Shown one piece after another: positions 17,430 to 25,417 of a DNA stretch of 46,622 nucleotides. Every line of letters starts with the position of its first letter. Positions within the stretch are counted from its first letter, which is position 1. The stretch covers positions 1-46,622 of the forward strand of contig JAOUFZ010000001.1 in NCBI GenBank assembly GCA_029857995.1, given 5' to 3'. Under the pieces are notes generated by a model, which did not search any database, was not told the DNA's origin, and saw only the letters and a list, made by a program, of their open reading frames with translations. Source of the stretch: Dehalococcoidia bacterium (GTDB lineage: Bacteria > Chloroflexota > Dehalococcoidia > GIF9 > AB-539-J10). The position numbers and the translations under genes are program-made.

Positions 17430-18536
17430 CTAGGAGGTCGGGCGTTCTACCAGTCGGGCTGAAGTTGTTTTCGTATCCTCGCCTCTGACAAAGACTATTT
17501 CCACCTCTTCGCCAATCTCGCTGCCCCGAATAGCTCGCATGAGCTCGGCAACATTGTTTATTTCTTCGTCCTGAAAGCGGATAATGACATCGCTCGTCCT
17601 CAATCCCGCAGATTCTGCAGGGCTGCCATCAACCAGTTCTACAATAAGCGCTCCCCTGTCCACAGACAGGTTCATGACCGCAGCCAGCGAAGGGTCCACG
17701 CTATACAATCCTACTCCCAGCCACGGATAAGTCACGTGACCATAGCGAACTAAATCCTCGATGATAGGCTTAGCCGCATCGCTGCTGATGGCATACCCTA
17801 TACCTTCTACCTCAGACGCGACTATCTTAACGCTATTAATCCCCATCACCTCACCAGACATGTTCACCAGTGGGCCGCCGCTGTTGCCGGGATTGATTGC
17901 TGCCGTGGTTTGAATCAAACCCAAAAGCGTATTTCCTTCAACGTTCACAGATACATCCAGGCGGCTAACTATCCCCTCGGTCGCCGTTATTCCTTCTCCT
18001 AGGGCATTCCCAATAGCTAGCACCCACTCGCCAACCGATAGGGAGTCTGAGTCGCCCCAGTATGCATAGGACAGATCTGTAGCATCCACCTTTATTACGG
18101 CGAGGTCAGATAAGGCGTCAGCGCCCACTATGTTCGCGGGGAAAGTCCTGCCGTCGGTCAGCTCCACATATATGCTCTGGGCATCCTCGACTACATGGTT
18201 GTTGGTGGCAATGTATCCCTTATCATCGATGACTATTCCAGACCCAGCCACGGATTCTGTATACTGACGACCGAAGAAATCAGAGGTGACCAGCTCCGTT
18301 GTCACCGAAACCACCGAGGGCATCACCTTACTGACTACGGGGCGAAAATCGGGCAAAGGAGTAGCTGGCTCATTCTCTGATGGGAAGGTCCAGTCGGGAT
18401 TAGTGTGCTGGGCTGTGCTATTAGACTGTGGCGGGCTAGATGGCGGGGAAACAAATAGAGTCGATACGGCCCAGCCACCAACAGACAGCGTCAACGTTGC
18501 CACTATTACCACAGCCACAATGTGCTTTCTAGACAT
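17430..18536 (-). CDS. htrA: HtrA/DegP-family trypsin-like serine protease with a C-terminal PDZ domain
   Basis: 368 aa with an N-terminal TM anchor. The catalytic triad context is TNNHVV, D..A..K and GNSGGPLVN. A PDZ-like tail is present. Confidence 0.9.
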   Translation of the reverse strand: MSRKHIVAVVIVATLTLSVGGWAVSTLFVSPPSSPPQSNSTAQHTNPDWTFPSENEPATPLPDFRPVVSKVMPSVVSVTTELVTSDFFGRQYTESVAGSGIVIDDKGYIATNNHVVEDAQSIYVELTDGRTFPANIVGADALSDLAVIKVDATDLSYAYWGDSDSLSVGEWVLAIGNALGEGITATEGIVSRLDVSVNVEGNTLLGLIQTTAAINPGNSGGPLVNMSGEVMGINSVKIVASEVEGIGYAISSDAAKPIIEDLVRYGHVTYPWLGVGLYSVDPSLAAVMNLSVDRGALIVELVDGSPAESAGLRTSDVIIRFQDEEINNVAELMRAIRGSEIGEEVEIVFVRGEDTKTTSARLVERPTS

Positions 18537-18549
18537 TTTTCGTTAACTT

Positions 18550-18558
18550 AGTATAGCA
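18550..18558 (-). promoter_or_regulatory. extended -10 box TGCTATACT, 13 nt upstream of the htrA-like ATG
   Basis: Plus strand AGTATAGCA at 18550-18558. The ATG is at 18536. Confidence 0.35.
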
Positions 18559-18632
18559 TTGCCGACTTTCTTAATAGAAATCTTTGCCCGAATTCAGGAC
18601 ACGGGATGTCAAATCATTTGAACACAGCAGAC

Positions 18633-18662
18633 TTGACAATTCGAAATGGCACCTTCTATAAT
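18633..18662 (+). promoter_or_regulatory. sigma-70-type promoter upstream of pyrG (TTGACA-18-TATAAT)
   Basis: TTGACA at 18633-18638 and TATAAT at 18657-18662. It lies about 80 nt upstream of the GTG start. Confidence 0.5.
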
Positions 18663-18740
18663 GAAAAGAGACTCAGGTTTGCTCCGCCTTTTAGGATCAA
18701 CTTACAAGATTTGGCTTTCTCTATATTCTTGTAGTAAGCA

Positions 18741-20369
18741 GTGAGTAAGTATATTTTCGTTACTGGCGGCGTAGTTAGTTCTGTAGGCAAGGGAATCTCA
18801 GTAGCCTCTATCGGCGGAATATTGAAAAGCCGCGGTATATCTGTCTCGGTGCAGAAGCTTGACCCTTACCTGAACGTTGACCCCGGGACGATGTCCCCTT
18901 TCCAGCACGGTGAAGTGTTTGTTACTCAAGATGGTGCTGAGACTGATTTGGATCTAGGACATTATGAAAGATTCATTGGAGTGGAGCTGACCCAAGCTTC
19001 CAACGTGACTTCGGGTCAGGTTTATTCTTCCGTCATTGCTGATGAGAGGCGAGGAGATTTTCTGGGAGGTACAATTCAGGTGGTTCCCCACGTAACCAAC
19101 GAAATAAAAAGACGGATAAGGAAAGTGGCCGAAATATCTCAGGCTGAGATAGTTATCGTTGAAGTTGGCGGCACCGTGGGAGATATTGAAGGGCAACCTT
19201 TCCTCGAAGCCATAAGGCAAATGAGAAAGGACGAAGGCAGAGACAATGTGTTATATATTCATGTCACCTTTCTACCACATATCGCTGCCACTGATGAACT
19301 GAAGACCAAGCCCACTCAACATAGCGTGAATGAACTCAGGAGAATTGGTATTCAACCCGATGCTATACTGTGTCGCAGCGATAAGGAAATATCCGGAGGG
19401 ATCAGGGATAAAATATCGCTGTTTTGTGACGTAGATAAAGAAGCGGTTATCTCTCTGGTTACCAGCGACACGATTTACGAAGTGCCGTTACTGCTTGAGG
19501 ATGCCGGGCTAGGAGAATTCATAGTTCGCCGATTGGGATTAAGAGCTGAGAAGAGCAATTTAGAGGAATGGCGGGCCATGGTAGCCAAGCTGAAAGCTCC
19601 TAAAGAACCTGTAACCATTGGATTAGTTGGTAAATATGTGGGGCTGCGAGATGCCTATTACTCGGTGCGGGAGGCATTATGCCATGCAGCATTGGCTCAC
19701 AATCGCACAGTGAAAATAGAGTGGTTGGATTCGGAGCAAGTGGATGGCATGGCCGATGATAAACTGAGGCAAGTTCAGGGTATAATTGTTCCTGGTGGCT
19801 TTGGTTATCGAGGCATTGAAGGCATGGTAAAAGCCGCCAAGTTTGCCCGAGAAAGAGAAATCGCTTACTTGGGTTTATGTCTGGGGATGCATATTATGGT
19901 CATCGAGCTTGGGCGTCATGTTTTTCATACCGACAAGGTGAATTCCACTGAGTTCGATGCTGCTAGTGCCTATCCTGTAATTGACCTCCTCCCTGAACAG
20001 CATAGCGTGGAGGAAAAGGGAGGGACTATGAGGCTTGGGACTTATCCTTGTCATCTGGTAGCAGGAACAGCAGCGGCTCGCGCTTATGGGGTCGAAGTAG
20101 TCTATGAAAGGCATCGCCACCGTTATGAGTTCAACAATGATTTCCGGCAGCCATTGGAAGAAGCCGGTATTGTAGCGTCTGGGTTATCCCCCGATGGAAG
20201 GCTAGTGGAAATCACTGAATTGCGGGACCATCCTTGGATGCTTGGGTGCCAATTTCACCCTGAGTTCAAATCTCGTCCCGATTCTCCTCACCCGCTATTT
20301 ATGGGGTTCATTGGGGCCGCCAAGGAAACGCTTATTGAGGGTGCTCAGACAAGTCTACCGTTGAATTGA
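18741..20369 (+). CDS. pyrG: CTP synthase
   Basis: 542 aa with a GTG start. It has [16 protein letters not shown] and a glutamine amidotransferase domain (GLCLGMH, HRHRYE). Confidence 0.95.
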   Translation: MSKYIFVTGGVVSSVGKGISVASIGGILKSRGISVSVQKLDPYLNVDPGTMSPFQHGEVFVTQDGAETDLDLGHYERFIGVELTQASNVTSGQVYSSVIADERRGDFLGGTIQVVPHVTNEIKRRIRKVAEISQAEIVIVEVGGTVGDIEGQPFLEAIRQMRKDEGRDNVLYIHVTFLPHIAATDELKTKPTQHSVNELRRIGIQPDAILCRSDKEISGGIRDKISLFCDVDKEAVISLVTSDTIYEVPLLLEDAGLGEFIVRRLGLRAEKSNLEEWRAMVAKLKAPKEPVTIGLVGKYVGLRDAYYSVREALCHAALAHNRTVKIEWLDSEQVDGMADDKLRQVQGIIVPGGFGYRGIEGMVKAAKFAREREIAYLGLCLGMHIMVIELGRHVFHTDKVNSTEFDAASAYPVIDLLPEQHSVEEKGGTMRLGTYPCHLVAGTAAARAYGVEVVYERHRHRYEFNNDFRQPLEEAGIVASGLSPDGRLVEITELRDHPWMLGCQFHPEFKSRPDSPHPLFMGFIGAAKETLIEGAQTSLPLN

Positions 20370-20373
20370 GAAG

Positions 20374-21036
20374 ATGAGGATATTCTTAGATACTGCCAAC
20401 ATAGAGCATATTCGCCATGGAGTCAGACTGGGGGTGGTGACGGGGGTGACCACCAATCCCAGTCTTGTATCGAAGGAAGGCAAAGTTGATTACCGAAAGT
20501 TGGTCGAGGAAATCTGTGCTATTGTTCCTGGCCCAGTATCTACCGAGGTGCTAGGCCAGGATGTTAAAACAATGGTGACTGAGGCCAGGGAAATAGCGAA
20601 ATGGGCGGACAATGTGGTGGTCAAGATACCGGCTAGCCCTGAGGGAGTGGAGGCTACATCGGCGCTAGCTAAGGAAAACATAAAGGTGAATTTCACCTTA
20701 TGTTTCACATTGAACCAGGCTTTACTGGCGGCGGAAGCAGGAGCCAGGTTCATAAGCCCTTTTGTAGGCAGATTGGATGATATTGGTGAGGATGGCATGA
20801 GGGTAGTGGCTGACATTGTGGAATATCTGGATTATTATCAGCTACCCGCTCAGGTTATCGCCGCGAGCATAAGACATCCTCAGCATTGTCTGATGGCAGC
20901 TAAGGTTGGTGCTCATATCGCCACAGTGCCCTACGAGGTGTTGCTACAAATGATGCGACACCCTCTGACAGATATAGGTATTCAACGTTTTAGGGATGAC
21001 TGGAATAAGGTGATGGCGAGAGAGGAACTATTGTGA
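20374..21036 (+). CDS. fsa: fructose-6-phosphate aldolase / short transaldolase (Fsa/TalC family)
   Basis: 220 aa. It has MRIFLDTANIEHI, GVTTNPSL and the Schiff-base Lys context VVKIPA. Confidence 0.9.
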   Translation: MRIFLDTANIEHIRHGVRLGVVTGVTTNPSLVSKEGKVDYRKLVEEICAIVPGPVSTEVLGQDVKTMVTEAREIAKWADNVVVKIPASPEGVEATSALAKENIKVNFTLCFTLNQALLAAEAGARFISPFVGRLDDIGEDGMRVVADIVEYLDYYQLPAQVIAASIRHPQHCLMAAKVGAHIATVPYEVLLQMMRHPLTDIGIQRFRDDWNKVMAREELL

Positions 21037-21101
21037 AAACCCCGTAAGATTGTGTCGACGAAGTCGGGATAAAAAGAAACGGCACTTGGAAAGAGGTCAC
21101 T

Positions 21102-22367
21102 ATGTCAACTATGGCAGAACTAGAAAGCAAAAATCGAGATGAACTGGAGGCGATAGCCAAGGAGTATGGCATCGCGGGATACACTACCTTGAAGAAGCCC
21201 GACCTTGTCTATCGCATCTTACAAGCAGAAGCACAGCAACAAGGAAATATATTCATAACAGGCGTCTTAGAAACCATCAGCGAGGGCTACGGCTTCTTGC
21301 GACAAGACACATTCCGGCGTGGTGGCAATGATGTCTACGTATCAAATTCTCAGATACGGCGTTTCAACCTAAGAGATGGTGATGCTGTTTCTGGTCAAGC
21401 TAGGCCTCCTAAGGAAGGCGAGAAGTACTATAGCTTGCTTAGAGTAGACAGCATCAACGGACTTGACCCCGAGTTAGGAAGAACACGCCGCAATTTCGGT
21501 TCGTTAACGCCGACTTTTCCAGATAAGATCATCAACCTGGAAACGACTTCGGATGAGATATCGACCCGTCTAATCAATCTGGTGGCGCCTATAGGTCGGG
21601 GACAAAGAGGTCTAATTGTATCACCGCCGAAGGCAGGCAAGACTGTGCTTCTTCAGAAAATTGCCAACGCCGTCACGACTAATTACGGTGATATTCACCT
21701 CATGGTTTGCCTTATCGGAGAAAGGCCCGAAGAAGTCACCGATATGAAGAGGTCAGTTAAGGCCGAGGTTATTGCCGCTACCTTCGATGAACCTGTGGAA
21801 GCCCAGACTCGAGTGGCGGAATTGGCATTGGAGAGAGCCAAAAGGCTGGTAGAAATGGGCACAGATGTGGTTATACTCCTTGATGGCATTACCAGACTTA
21901 CAAGAGCTTACAATTTGGCCTTACCTCCTAGTGGGCGTACTCTGTCTGGCGGCATTGACTCAACGGCGTTGCATCCTCCTAAGCGATTCTTCGGCACTGC
22001 TCGTAACATCGAGGAAGGGGGAAGTCTAACCATTATTGCCACTTGCCTCGTGGATACCGGCAGCCGTATGGACGAGCTAATATATGAAGAGTTTAAGGGA
22101 ACAGGTAACATGGAACTTCACCTGGATAGGAAACTGTCTGAGCGCAGAGTCTTCCCGGCTATAAATATTATGCCCAGCGGCACAAGAAGGGAAGAACTTT
22201 TGTTGGATGAGAATACCTTGAAACAAGTGTGGTTGCTCAGGCGTGTGGTCAATATGATAGATAGCGACTCACCTAATCATGGTGAGGCTACACAAAGAAT
22301 CCTGGAACGGCTAGCTAAGACAAAGAATAACGCTGAATTCTTGGCCACTCTATCTAAGGACATGTAA
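21102..22367 (+). CDS. rho: transcription termination factor Rho
   Basis: 421 aa with an N-terminal RNA-binding domain (GYGFLR) and Walker A PPKAGKT. The Q and R loops are present. Confidence 0.95.
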   Translation: MSTMAELESKNRDELEAIAKEYGIAGYTTLKKPDLVYRILQAEAQQQGNIFITGVLETISEGYGFLRQDTFRRGGNDVYVSNSQIRRFNLRDGDAVSGQARPPKEGEKYYSLLRVDSINGLDPELGRTRRNFGSLTPTFPDKIINLETTSDEISTRLINLVAPIGRGQRGLIVSPPKAGKTVLLQKIANAVTTNYGDIHLMVCLIGERPEEVTDMKRSVKAEVIAATFDEPVEAQTRVAELALERAKRLVEMGTDVVILLDGITRLTRAYNLALPPSGRTLSGGIDSTALHPPKRFFGTARNIEEGGSLTIIATCLVDTGSRMDELIYEEFKGTGNMELHLDRKLSERRVFPAINIMPSGTRREELLLDENTLKQVWLLRRVVNMIDSDSPNHGEATQRILERLAKTKNNAEFLATLSKDM

Positions 22368-22403
22368 GTCAAGACTAACGCCTAACCTGTCACACGGAAT
22401 GAA

Positions 22404-22580
22404 GTGAAAATACGAAGCGGTCCCAGTTGGCTGGACAAATTCAAACTAGGGGTTAAGACGAAACTGGGCATGAATGTTTTCCTCTGTGGCAGTTGTAAGT
22501 GGAACTGGAGGAGCGCTTGTCATCGCCAGGAGCGCCCGAATGCTACTTGGTGCCCTGATTACATGAAGAAGGGCAAGTGA
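22404..22580 (+). CDS. possible small Cys-rich protein (58 aa from GTG, or 36 aa from the internal ATG)
   Basis: Own translation: VKIRSGPSWLDKFKLGVKTKLGMNVFLCGSCKWNWRSACHRQERPNATWCPDYMKKGK. It has a C-x2-C-x7-C-x10-C pattern. No convincing SD is present and it falls below the track cutoff. Confidence 0.3.
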   Translation: MKIRSGPSWLDKFKLGVKTKLGMNVFLCGSCKWNWRSACHRQERPNATWCPDYMKKGK

Positions 22581-22659
22581 CTGAATTCCTGGTTGATGCA
22601 AGGGCAAGCAAACCGGCAAAGCCTAGAAAGCGACAACATGTCAGCTCTTGGAAACGCTG

Positions 22660-23856
22660 TTATTTAAGCTGATCCCTTGAAAAGTCGAGAGCCCTTCTGG
22701 CTACGATAAGCATATTAATCTGCCCGGTTCCTTCAAAGATATCGTTTATCTTGGCGTCGCGCATCCATTTCTCGAGCAAATACTTTCGAGAATAACCTAG
22801 TGGACCCATGATCTCAACTGCTTTCTGGGTGATTTTAGTGACAGCGAGGCCAGCTTTTGCCTTAGCCATTGACGCCTCCAGGTTGTTGGGCTGAAACTGG
22901 CTCATCATCCAAAGGGCCCGCAGAGTAAGGAGCTTGGCTGCCTTATAATTCGCTTCCATTTCCATCATGTCTCGTTCTAGCGCAATGAGCTTCTGTCTGG
23001 GAACGCCGTAGCGTATCTTTATGCCCTCCTTTTCGAGTGTTTCCTTGACAAAATCCAAGGCAGCACGCCCAACGCCGATGGCCATGGCCGCCACAATAGG
23101 TCGTGTCGCATCAAAAGTTGCCATTGCGCCTTTGAAACCCTTGGTCTCGGATTTATCTACCTTTTTGATCTCTGGGCTGCCCAGTATGTTTTCAAAAGGA
23201 ATACGGCAATTATCGAAAATGAGAGTAGCTGTATCACTGGCTCTGATTCCCAGCTTTTTCTCGAGCTTTTCTACTCTCATTCCTGGGGTTCCGGCCGGCA
23301 CCACAAAAGATTTCATCCCGGCTCGTCCCGCCGATTTGTCCACTGTTGCCCAGACTACCACCAGGCCGCCGGGATTTTCTGCGGCACGTTTCCCCCAGGT
23401 GACGAAAATTTTCTCACCGTTCAACACCCACTCGGCACCATCACGTGTAGCGGTAGCGGTGATGGCAGAGGTATCCGAGCCGCAACTGGGCTCTGTCATT
23501 GCCATGGCACCCCATTTCGGTTCTCCTTCATTGAAGCTGCCTAGAAAACGTTGCAGCTGCTCTTTTGTGCCCGAGGCGAAGATAGCGGCACCTCCAAGTC
23601 CCGGACCCGGAACACATAAGAAAAGACCCGCGTCTCCCCAGCACAGCTCTTCGATTCTGAGAGATGCTGTTACATCCAGACCAAGGGCCAATGTCCCCTT
23701 GTTTCTTTCTCCCCACGTCTTGTCAATTAGTTCCTGTGGGCTTTCGTGTTCATGTTCATCGTAATGACGGCTTATGGGCCGAAATAGCTCTTTGGCAAAC
23801 TCGTGGGCTATATCTATTGCTTCCTTTTGTTCTTGAGTCGGTTCAAAATCTATCAT
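22660..23856 (-). CDS. acyl-CoA dehydrogenase family protein (motif-complete, alpha-like partner)
   Basis: It has the FAD-contact motif MTEPSCGSD and the catalytic-base motif IFEGTGQI. The start is chosen at ATG 23856 (MIDFEPTQEQ), with GGAGGT 9 nt upstream. The track ORF extends to 23895. Confidence 0.9.
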   Translation of the reverse strand: MIDFEPTQEQKEAIDIAHEFAKELFRPISRHYDEHEHESPQELIDKTWGERNKGTLALGLDVTASLRIEELCWGDAGLFLCVPGPGLGGAAIFASGTKEQLQRFLGSFNEGEPKWGAMAMTEPSCGSDTSAITATATRDGAEWVLNGEKIFVTWGKRAAENPGGLVVVWATVDKSAGRAGMKSFVVPAGTPGMRVEKLEKKLGIRASDTATLIFDNCRIPFENILGSPEIKKVDKSETKGFKGAMATFDATRPIVAAMAIGVGRAALDFVKETLEKEGIKIRYGVPRQKLIALERDMMEMEANYKAAKLLTLRALWMMSQFQPNNLEASMAKAKAGLAVTKITQKAVEIMGPLGYSRKYLLEKWMRDAKINDIFEGTGQINMLIVARRALDFSRDQLK

Positions 23857-23872
23857 TACGGAATACCTCCTT

Positions 23873-24967
23873 TCATACTGTGGCCATGCCATCAAAAGTG
23901 GTGAATCCGCGGCCGTTCCTCAACCAAAGCTCCACCGGGTGCTCGCGAACATAACCGTGCCCGCCCAGTATCTGTACAGCACGGTCAGTTACCATTAAAA
24001 CCATGTCGTCAGCATATGCTTTTGCCAGTGCTGCCTCTTTAGTCGCCTCGTCCTTTCGGTCTAACTTCCAGGCAGCCTCCCATGTCATTAGTCTGGTAGC
24101 ATCGATTTCAATTGCCATCTCCGCCAACATGAAGGCGATTGCTTGGCGAGAGGCAACGGGCTCTCCGAAGGCAACTCGCTCCCTGGCATAATCCCTCGAG
24201 TATTCCATAGCAGCCTTGGCTACCCCTACAGCCATTGCCGACAGTGCCACCCGTGAAGAATTCATGATACGGCTAAAATCGCATCCCTTCTCACCCCCCA
24301 ACCGGTCTTCCTTAGCAATGCGGCAGTTTTTCAGGGTAATCTCATACGTGGCTAGAGCTTTTATGCCCATATTCTTCTCCCGCTCGCCGACTTGAAGCCC
24401 CTTCGTACCTTCTTCGATGATAAAGCCTTGGCTGCTGCCATTTTCTGCTGCATAGACAAGGAACAAGTCAGCTTCAGCAGCCAGAGGCACATAACATTTC
24501 TCACCATTGAGAACATACTCCTTGCCCTCGAGTCGCGCAGTAGCTAACAAAGAACAAGGGTCAAAACCGAATCGTGGCTCGATGAGTGCGGCGGTCGCTG
24601 CCTTGTACTTCTCGCCACAGAAGAAGGGCAAGTATTTCTTTCTCTGTGTGTCCGTACCCATTTCGAGGATCGGATAGGCAAACAGAGCTGGGCAGAGAGC
24701 GTGCATTGTTATTGAAAGGTCACCCCAGGCCAGTTCCTCTGCTATCAACGAACCCGTGATAGCAGAGCGCTCCCCGCCAGGTCCGCCGTAAGCCTCGGGT
24801 ATGCTGCTAGAGGTGAGTCCCATCTTCCAGGCAGTGTCTATGACACCCTCAGGAATCGTCCCGTTTTCATCACATTGCCGATAGATTCTGCGAATTTCAT
24901 CGTTGGCAAACTGCTTTGCCATGCTCACAATCATTTGCTGTTCTTCTGTTGGGCTGAACGAAATCAT
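23873..24967 (-). CDS. acyl-CoA dehydrogenase family protein (degenerate, beta-like partner)
   Basis: The ACAD fold is seen throughout (MISFSPTEEQQ..., ILGGHGY). However, LIEPRFGFD replaces (S/T)EP..GSD, and the protein ends ...TTFDGMATV without a YEGT catalytic Glu. Confidence 0.85.
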   Translation of the reverse strand: MISFSPTEEQQMIVSMAKQFANDEIRRIYRQCDENGTIPEGVIDTAWKMGLTSSSIPEAYGGPGGERSAITGSLIAEELAWGDLSITMHALCPALFAYPILEMGTDTQRKKYLPFFCGEKYKAATAALIEPRFGFDPCSLLATARLEGKEYVLNGEKCYVPLAAEADLFLVYAAENGSSQGFIIEEGTKGLQVGEREKNMGIKALATYEITLKNCRIAKEDRLGGEKGCDFSRIMNSSRVALSAMAVGVAKAAMEYSRDYARERVAFGEPVASRQAIAFMLAEMAIEIDATRLMTWEAAWKLDRKDEATKEAALAKAYADDMVLMVTDRAVQILGGHGYVREHPVELWLRNGRGFTTFDGMATV

Positions 24968-25281
24968 GTTACGCTCCTTTCAATAGCCATCCCTTGCCTA
25001 CAACACAGCCGTGTCTTGAACCTTCGTGTTCCGGCATCAGCACAGTATTCGCTCAATGATTTCCGCGGACGCCGTATTATAATTGGTATGAGAAAAGATT
25101 TCCAGAGGTCTATGTTGGTAATAACCGCGTAACGGAAATGTGAGACTAGAGAGCAGCCCTAGCATCGCGTCCGGGCTCGGATGGTCATTTGGAGCAAATT
25201 GAGGAAGCTGTCACCCTTGTCGGCGACCGAATTCATTTCGACTCTTCAGAACGATACCACTAAAGGCTCTCTTACACCTGA

Positions 25282-25310
25282 TTGACATTAAAGCTGACAC
25301 CTTCTAAAAT
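25282..25310 (+). promoter_or_regulatory. sigma-70-type promoter upstream of alaS (TTGACA-17-TAAAAT)
   Basis: TTGACA at 25282-25287, a 17-nt spacer, and TAAAAT at 25305-25310. It lies about 105 nt upstream of the GTG start. Confidence 0.5.
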
Positions 25311-25417
25311 CAAGAAGGTAAGTAAACCATACCACGAGAGTTCTGCAATCTTTGTTTGAATTGGATTTGTTGGGAGCCTTCAAGAAGTCGTAGGACTCAT
25401 TGGAGTTAACTTAGTAA

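Noticed and set aside
23021-23764. 247-aa plus-strand ORF antisense to the acyl-CoA dehydrogenase gene
   Set aside because: This is a shadow ORF. It is Ser/Pro/Ala-rich, has no start context and is fully overlapped by a motif-complete ACAD gene.
25311-25417. Possible T-box riboswitch in the alaS leader (and likewise the aspS leader, 42627-42745)
   Set aside because: The leaders are only about 105-120 nt. They lack the conserved T-box sequence (AANNNGGGTGGTACCGCG-like), an AGAGA/GNUGGA specifier-domain pattern and a terminator/antiterminator pair.
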